Assembly (NCBI GenBank): GCA_025340205.1
Contig: CP006868.1
Location: forward strand, 1,530,001 to 1,562,000
Direction: 5' to 3'
From: Ignicoccus pacificus DSM 13166
GTDB taxonomy: Archaea > Thermoproteota > Thermoprotei_A > Sulfolobales > Ignicoccaceae
Length of the DNA: 32,000 bases
The first letter of the stretch is position 1. Every line of letters begins with the position of its first letter. The notes beneath the pieces were generated by a model. That model saw only the letters and a program-made list of their open reading frames with translations. It had not been told where the DNA came from and did no database searches. The position numbers and the translations under genes were made by a program. Below are positions 26,523 to 32,000 of the stretch, piece after piece.

Positions 26523-26934
26523 GGTCGAGCTATCCCGTTCGGTCCCCGAAGGTATTACGGAGAGGAACTCCCAAAGGTAGTTGATAAAAACAAGAACGCT
26601 ATCTATAGTTACATCAAAGAAGAAGTAATTCCAAGGGAGGAAGTTGTTACAATTGACTTAACGCCGTTCCCCACTAACATTACCCTCACTTCAGCTGAAA
26701 AGGGGGATCCTCAAAGCTTGTCCTACCTAAACGGAACGATCGATCGCAGCTCGCTTCCCTGTCAGCTATTCTAAAGTACTACTCTCAGAGATACCCTTCG
26801 AGAAGTCAATCTTCGAGCAGATTTCAAGAGTTCTTGACAACAACGAAGTGCTTGAACTATAATCCCAACTCACCTCAATAATACAGTACAAGAAGCTATT
26901 CGACGACATGAAAAAAGTATGTGTATGGAGGTAA
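26523..26934 (+). pseudogene. Frameshifted remnant of an unidentified protein-coding gene
   Basis: Frame from 26523 reads ...IPFGPRRYYGEELPKVVDKNKNAIYSYIKEEVIPREEVVTIDLTPFPTNITLTSAEKGDPQSLSYLNGTI; after a CGATCGAT tandem duplication it continues in another frame as ARFPVSYSKVLLSEIPFEKSIFEQISRVLDNNEVLEL*SQLTSIIQYKKLFDDMKKVCVWR*. No start codon at the beginning of the first frame. Confidence 0.6.
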
Positions 26935-26938
26935 GTAC

Positions 26939-27228
26939 ATGACGAGAACCGAGTTCCACATCTGGAGCTATTAATCCCTCACGAACGATGTATACGATGT
27001 ACCAGATGAACTTGAAACGAATGACAGCGAGGTACCAGTGACCATAAAGCTACCGCCGAACGTCGATATAAGAGAGGTAGACTGCGCGAGGGAACCAAGA
27101 AGAGAATCTATGAAGCCGTGAGGAAATACGGAAGGAAGAAGGGATATGAGCTAGAAAAGAAGAGCTTGAAGATGCTAAAGATGGATCAGTTCAAGAAGAA
27201 GGAATGGATAAGGACTTCGCATAGATGA
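26939..27228 (+). pseudogene. Second decayed coding remnant (nonsense plus frameshift)
   Basis: MTRTEFHIWSY*SLTNDVYDVPDELETNDSEVPVTIKLPPNVDIREVD, then frame shift to LREGTKKRIYEAVRKYGRKKGYELEKKSLKMLKMDQFKKKEWIRTSHR* (stop 27226-27228). Confidence 0.5.
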
Positions 27229-27483
27229 ATATTAGAGAAGGAGGTCATAAAGGTCAAGCTACTCCATACCTTCTAGAGACCTCACCAACTCCGCGTAAAA
27301 GCGCTTCAATTTCCTCCACTCGAAGCGCTCCGGAAGGTTTTGCTCTTCCTTCGTATCGCCAAGTGGACTCTGCGATGCTGCACAATAACGAGATAAGAGG
27401 GACTACTAACCGGAAAGCGAATGGTATTTCCGGTATAAGATTCCTATCAATGCATCAGATCTTTAAGGATTTACTACGTTGTA

Positions 27484-27642
27484 ATGGAGGGATTCTCTAT
27501 GGTAGTAGCTTGGAGGGAGGCTAGCAAGGTTGTGTATAAGGAATTTGAGCCTGTCTTCAAGGCTCTAGAGGCCTATGACAAGGGCCTAAGCTTGAAGGAA
27601 GCTAAGGAACTCTTAAAGAGGAAAACCCTCAAGACTTTTTGA
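27484..27642 (+). CDS. Small 52-aa ORF, intact; small protein or C-terminal remnant
   Basis: MEGFSMVVAWREASKVVYKEFEPVFKALEAYDKGLSLKEAKELLKRKTLKTF*; codon pattern looks protein-like. Overlaps the 3' end of the reverse-strand Fic gene by 30 bp. Confidence 0.35.
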   Translation: MEGFSMVVAWREASKVVYKEFEPVFKALEAYDKGLSLKEAKELLKRKTLKTF

Positions 27643-28086
27643 ATAACTCTTAACGGCTTTACCCAGCTCTATAAAGTACTTACTTACGTCATTCCAATCT
27701 CTAGGGTTAGAGGCCAACCTAACTGCTATCTCGAGAACCATCTCACCTATCAGTTCGTGGAACTCAAAGAGCAGGTTATTTACCTTTAGCATTGTTAGAT
27801 AGACCAGCGTAGCGAAGCGCTTATTCCCATCAGTTAGCGGATGTAACAGTATTATCTCGTAAAACATCTTCGCAGCTACCAACAACACCATTTCATCTTC
27901 GCCAATACCTTCACGTTGCAGCAGCGACGCTAGGAAGTGGGCAGATTCAACTACTTGCTCAAGCTTCTCTTCACTCATTAGCTCTACGGGATCCTCGGTA
28001 TGTTCCTTAATTATTTCTATACTTGTTTTCAGATCGTTAACTGTGGGAAGGTACACGTCTCTCACTCCTCCAAAATCCTTATGCAC
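27613..28086 (-). CDS. Fic/Doc-family protein
   Basis: GGVRD near N-terminus and HPLTDGNKRFATLVYLTML, a Doc-like Hx(F)x(D/N)xNKR core. GTG start. Confidence 0.8.
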   Translation of the reverse strand: MHKDFGGVRDVYLPTVNDLKTSIEIIKEHTEDPVELMSEEKLEQVVESAHFLASLLQREGIGEDEMVLLVAAKMFYEIILLHPLTDGNKRFATLVYLTMLKVNNLLFEFHELIGEMVLEIAVRLASNPRDWNDVSKYFIELGKAVKSYSKSLEGFPL

Positions 28087-28298
28087 TCCAATATCCTCAT
28101 GCCCTTTCCAGTGAGAACGTACAAGTTGCTCTTCGGTATCTTCATTATAAGCCCCTTATCCCTAAGCCTCTTGATAACTTTCCTGAGGTTGGCTTGTTGA
28201 CCTTCGGTATGGGCCCCTAGCTTAGCGTAGAGCTCCTTGGGCTTCAAAGGCCCTTCAGCTAGCGCCTTGATCACTTCCACCTCCTTTCTCGAGAGCAC
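28062..28298 (-). CDS. Small winged-helix DNA-binding protein (candidate antitoxin/regulator)
   Basis: MLSRKEVEVIKALAEGPLKPKELYAKLG...ANLRKVIKRLRDKGLIMKIPKSNLYVLTGKG; directly upstream of, and overlapping by 25 bp, the Fic/Doc gene. Confidence 0.75.
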   Translation of the reverse strand: MLSRKEVEVIKALAEGPLKPKELYAKLGAHTEGQQANLRKVIKRLRDKGLIMKIPKSNLYVLTGKGMRILECIRILEE

Positions 28299-28427
28299 CT
28301 ATCTTCTCCGAGTTGGGATTATACTCGTCAAATTTAAGTTTCGAGTGTGTCGATGACCCTAATTCTATGAGACTTCCAGAGGTCTTCGCTAGTCAGAACG
28401 CTTAATAATCTCTAAATCGGAAAAGCG

Positions 28428-29180
28428 TTGGAGAGCTCGAGCTTGCGCGTACTCATCGTCTCTGACGTTCACTACGACGGGGTCATTTACAGAGGAGTAG
28501 ACACCAGCGAAGCTTGGAAGTGGCTGCTAAGGCTTGTGAGGACGATCAAACCTGATCTCTTGCTAGGATGTGGCGATTTAGGGCGTATTGTAAATGTCGC
28601 TGATCTGGAAAAAGTCGCAAGGAGAACCATGTTTCTAACGATCTACGGCAACCACGACCGAGTAGGTGCGCTGAAATCTGCGAGAAACATATTAGGAGAA
28701 TTAAAGGGGAAGAGAATCCTAATGGAAGATGGCAAAGTGTATGAGATTAAGGGCTTAACCGTAGCTGGGATTAACGGGGTAGTGGTAACGAAGACTGATC
28801 CATGGGCGCCGAGACCTAAGAGCAAGAGGGAGTTCATTGACTCTGCTAAGAGGATTCAAAAAGAGTCGAAGGGTAAACGACTTGACGTCTTGCTTCTTCA
28901 CGAAACGCCTTACTATCCAGAGCTAATTTCTGGTATAAGAGAGAACGTTGGAAGCCTAGCCGCTCGCGAGGTGATCGAGATGGTGCGACCACGCGTGGCT
29001 ATAGGAGGTCACGCCCATCTGGAGCCTCAGCTGGTAAAGAGGGAGGATACGGTGTTGATACACTTAGACTCAAGTCAATTGAGACGCTCCTACTTGACCC
29101 TCGAAATTATGAATAATGGAATTAAGATTACACTATACGAAGATGGGGAGATAATAGAGTCGACACAGCTGAAGCGCTAA
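28428..29180 (+). CDS. Calcineurin-like metallophosphoesterase
   Basis: LRVLIVSDVHYDGVIYRG, LLLGCGDLGRI, LTIYGNHDRVG, LLLHETPYY, AIGGHAHLEPQ. TTG at 28443 is an alternative start. Confidence 0.92.
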   Translation: MESSSLRVLIVSDVHYDGVIYRGVDTSEAWKWLLRLVRTIKPDLLLGCGDLGRIVNVADLEKVARRTMFLTIYGNHDRVGALKSARNILGELKGKRILMEDGKVYEIKGLTVAGINGVVVTKTDPWAPRPKSKREFIDSAKRIQKESKGKRLDVLLLHETPYYPELISGIRENVGSLAAREVIEMVRPRVAIGGHAHLEPQLVKREDTVLIHLDSSQLRRSYLTLEIMNNGIKITLYEDGEIIESTQLKR

Positions 29181-29234
29181 TGAGGAGGGGATCGCCATTC
29201 GATGAACAACCAGCTTCGTGAGACGTTGGCTCAC

Positions 29235-29990
29235 TCAAAGGCTCCCTAGGACTACAACCTTTACCTTTCCTTTAACATTGATTATCTCCGCATCTACGCC
29301 ATACACTTCTCCTATAATGCCCTTGGTTATCACCTCTTGAGGACTTCCTAAGGCCCTTACCATACCCTTGTGAAGAACCATTATCTTGTCGGAAAACTCG
29401 GTGGCTATGTTGAGATCGTGATGAACAGCTATAGCAGCAATGCCCTTTCTCTTCACGTATTCCCTCACAAATTCCATAACCTCGAGCGTATTCTTGAGAT
29501 CCAAAGCAGACGTGGGCTCGTCTAGCAACAAGAGCTTAGGTTCCTTAGCCAAAGCTTGAGCTAAAGCCACCATCTGTCTCTGACCGGCGCTTAGTTCTTT
29601 TAACTCTCTCTTCGCAATTTTATCTATGCCTAATGACTCCAATATATTCATAGCCTTCTCTAAGTCCCTTTCAGAGGCCCTAATTCCCATTCTCCTCGCA
29701 GTTCTAGAGAGGGCGACGAACTCGAGGACGCTGAGGGATATCTTGGGCGGACCCTCGGAGGACATGAAGGATATCTCCCTCCTCGCCCGTTCTCTATTAA
29801 CGGGCTTACCTTCGAGAAGAACTTCGCCCTCTATCGGTCTTATCTTGTGGGCTATCGATTTCAATAGCGTGCTCTTCCCAGCAGCGTTAGGACCTACCAC
29901 GGACATGAGCTCCCCTCTCTTGAGCTCGAAGGTTATTCCATGGATCACGGGGAACTTGTAACCGGCCTTTAGGTTCTCTACCCTAAGCAC
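29235..29990 (-). CDS. ABC transporter ATP-binding protein (FecE/BtuD-like)
   Basis: VGPNAAGKSTLLKSIAHKIRP, LSAGQRQMVALAQALAKEPKLLLLDEPTSALD, AVHHDLNIA. Confidence 0.95.
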   Translation of the reverse strand: MLRVENLKAGYKFPVIHGITFELKRGELMSVVGPNAAGKSTLLKSIAHKIRPIEGEVLLEGKPVNRERARREISFMSSEGPPKISLSVLEFVALSRTARRMGIRASERDLEKAMNILESLGIDKIAKRELKELSAGQRQMVALAQALAKEPKLLLLDEPTSALDLKNTLEVMEFVREYVKRKGIAAIAVHHDLNIATEFSDKIMVLHKGMVRALGSPQEVITKGIIGEVYGVDAEIINVKGKVKVVVLGSL

Positions 29991-30966
29991 CTTCCCACCC
30001 CTTTATTAGCAAAGCCACGAAGAAGGGGACGCCGACGAAGGACGTAACTATGCCTATTGGAATTATTGCCCCCGGTATGATGTTCTTACTCGCCACGTCG
30101 GCCGCTAATAGGAGGGAGGCTCCGGTAGCCATAGATGTTACTAGCGCGAACCTCTGATCTTCCCCTACTAAGATCCTAGCCACGTGGGGGGCCACCAATC
30201 CCACGAAGGCTATTATCCCGAAGAAGCAGACGGTTACGGCCGTCACTAAGGTTAGTATTACGAACGAGATTATCCTTAGCATTCCCGGATCCGTGACCTC
30301 TTCCGCTACCTCCTCTCCCGCCCGTAGCGCAGAGAGCTTCCAAGAGAGGAGTAACGCTACTATGGAGGACGGGATTAATGTTAATGTCAACACGCTTAGC
30401 TTGAACCAAGTTGCCTTGTACAAGCTCCCAAACGTCCAGAAGACCACCGCTTGGAGAGCTTCCTCCGTGGCTACGAACTCCGCGAAAGCGAGTAAGGAAT
30501 GGAATAAGTAATTCATTGCAATTCCAGCCAATACCATAGCTTCTGGACTCAGACCCTTTACCTTACTCAACATGAAAACTGCCGAAGCTGTCAACGTCGC
30601 GAACAAGAACGCGTTGCTAGCTACCCCGAAGACGCTCCAGTTGAAGACATAAGCCAGGGCAGCGCCGAAGGCTGCTCCAGCGGAGATTCCTAAGGTGTAA
30701 GGACTTGCCAAAGGGTTGTTCAATATGGTTTGTGCTAAAGATCCAGCTAAGGCTAAGGAGGCCCCTGCTAGGATGGCAGCTAGGGCTACGGGAAGCCTTA
30801 TGTCGTAGAGGATTAGCTTTCCCGTTTCTCCCCTAAGGGCCCAACAAGGGGTACCTCCGGTGCACAAATCCAAGGCAACTAAGGGGATTAAGGAGAGGAG
30901 GGCAATTATGGTGAAAAACCTTCTCCTTCGAATTATCTTATTGTAGATCTCTCTAGCCCTCGGCAA
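29983..30966 (-). CDS. ABC transporter permease (FecCD family)
   Basis: DIRLPVALAAILAGASLALAGSLAQTILNNPLASPYTLGISAGAAFGAALA, FFGIIAFVGLVAPHVARILVGEDQR; overlaps ATPase gene by 8 bp. Confidence 0.95.
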   Translation of the reverse strand: MPRAREIYNKIIRRRRFFTIIALLSLIPLVALDLCTGGTPCWALRGETGKLILYDIRLPVALAAILAGASLALAGSLAQTILNNPLASPYTLGISAGAAFGAALAYVFNWSVFGVASNAFLFATLTASAVFMLSKVKGLSPEAMVLAGIAMNYLFHSLLAFAEFVATEEALQAVVFWTFGSLYKATWFKLSVLTLTLIPSSIVALLLSWKLSALRAGEEVAEEVTDPGMLRIISFVILTLVTAVTVCFFGIIAFVGLVAPHVARILVGEDQRFALVTSMATGASLLLAADVASKNIIPGAIIPIGIVTSFVGVPFFVALLIKGWEGA

Positions 30967-32000
30967 GACTGACCACCCAAACGCCCCTCAAGGGGTAGGG
31001 CATGAAGATCTCGTAGAATTTCTTGAGATCATTGATTGGATTCATGTTCTTAAACATCTCTGGATGAAGCCACTTGGCAAAGTACTCCAACGCTACGAAC
31101 TGGAAGATGTGACCGTGAGCTAGACCCAAGTGCATCATGTAAACCCTCTTGTCCCTTACCGCCTTCAGCTGATTCCAGCCAGGCCTCTGTATCAGCTTCT
31201 TCAGCATCTCGATTGCTGGCTTAGTGCTGTTCACGGTGTAGCCTATGACTACCTTTTGACCGAAGGGGAAGTTATTATTACACACGAAGACTATGACGTC
31301 GGGGTTCTGCTCTAACACGTACTCTGGGTTGATGTAGCCACTCGCTCCCTTGATTACCTTAGCTGCTATATTGTCACCCTTAGCTAAGTCAACCCAAATG
31401 CTAACGTGACCCTTGGCTCCGTAGACCTTCCAAGTGGACCAAGTCGTAAACACTATCACCTTAGGCTTCTGAGTTACGTTGTTCAACTTGTCTAGGATCG
31501 TAAAGAACCTACTCTCATAGAACTTGTAGAGCTCCTTAGCCCTCTTGAGGTGCCCGGTTAGTATTCCTATATCATACAAGCTCGTCTTTACTGCATCTAG
31601 GTGCTCCTTGACGTTAGGAGTCTTGGGGACGAAGTCTATTACCACCACCGGTATCTTAGCGGCCTTCAAGGTCTGCAGAGCACCGGATTCTACCATGTGA
31701 CGGAACATCCATGGAGTGGTTACCACGACGTCTGGCCTGGCCTCCAACAACGCTTCAAGATTGAAGCTCCATCCTGGCTGACCCACATCGGGTATCTCTT
31801 CAAGCCATGGATAGTGCTCGGTCCAAGCGACCCACCAGTCGGGCCTCCACTTCTTGTACCTCCAAGCGTTCAAGGCAACTATCTTGGTCAAGGCGTCCTC
31901 TCCACCTACGGCGACCCAATCCTCTAAACCATAGAGAACAGCAGCTCTCTTGACGGGGACTAGAACCCTGACCTCCCTTCCTAGCACGTCCTTTATGGTA
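30953..32000 (-). CDS. ABC transporter substrate-binding protein (iron/siderophore/cobalamin type), 5' end beyond window
   Basis: LGREVRVLVPVKRAAVLYGLEDWVAVGGEDALTKIVAL, LLEARPDVVVTTPW. Codons for TIKDV continue in frame to the window edge, and no signal peptide is visible yet. Confidence 0.88.
   Translation of the reverse strand, partial: TIKDVLGREVRVLVPVKRAAVLYGLEDWVAVGGEDALTKIVALNAWRYKKWRPDWWVAWTEHYPWLEEIPDVGQPGWSFNLEALLEARPDVVVTTPWMFRHMVESGALQTLKAAKIPVVVIDFVPKTPNVKEHLDAVKTSLYDIGILTGHLKRAKELYKFYESRFFTILDKLNNVTQKPKVIVFTTWSTWKVYGAKGHVSIWVDLAKGDNIAAKVIKGASGYINPEYVLEQNPDVIVFVCNNNFPFGQKVVIGYTVNSTKPAIEMLKKLIQRPGWNQLKAVRDKRVYMMHLGLAHGHIFQFVALEYFAKWLHPEMFKNMNPINDLKKFYEIFMPYPLRGVWVVSLAEG

Noticed and set aside
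27225-27524. 99-aa plus-strand track ORF
   Set aside because: Poor protein-like composition, while fragments on other frames/strands (27259-27447 minus, 27484-27642 plus) look more coding-like.
24409-28300. CRISPR array or tandem spacer-repeat structure
   Set aside because: No regularly spaced 24-37 bp direct repeats found; only short local repeats.
26930-28420. Second copy of the tRNA-Arg 3' end as an attachment site
   Set aside because: No match to GGGTTCAAATCCCGGCGGGGCC noticed by eye downstream within the window; a genome-wide search is needed.

Overview
This 32 kb window is archaeal. The gene content (reverse gyrase, Alba, L7Ae, archaeal-type PyrI, archaeal ATPases, NFACT/RqcH) points to a hyperthermophilic crenarchaeon, perhaps Desulfurococcales/Ignicoccus-like; that placement is inference, since no 16S is present. 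Positions 1 to about 23 kb are mostly ordinary, densely packed chromosome. In order: pyrB(partial)-pyrI-pyrK-like, radical SAM protein, GT4 glycosyltransferase, HxlR-type regulator, flavin reductase-like protein, HdrD-like Fe-S protein, L7Ae, queE-like, a pilin-like secreted protein, pyrD, a stand-alone Lrp/AsnC C-terminal domain, argG, reverse gyrase, alba, rqcH, an SQR-like flavoprotein, an XPB-like helicase, a DUF84 NTPase, a DUF998 protein, and two divergent archaeal AAA/STAND-type ATPases. The less ordinary part is about 23.2-28.3 kb. It holds two tandem 19-bp palindromic units abutting the start codon of an archaeal ATPase, a decayed stretch possibly derived from a TnpB C-terminus, a strongly self-complementary non-coding segment (25668-25787) with mutually exclusive helices, tRNA-Arg(GCG), several coding-like gene remnants (one with a 4-bp CGAT duplication frameshift), and an overlapping HTH + Fic/Doc-like pair resembling a toxin-antitoxin module. 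The window ends with a metallophosphoesterase and a reverse-strand FecCD-type ABC importer operon that runs off the right edge. No CRISPR array was seen. No clearly new multi-gene system can be proven from sequence alone.
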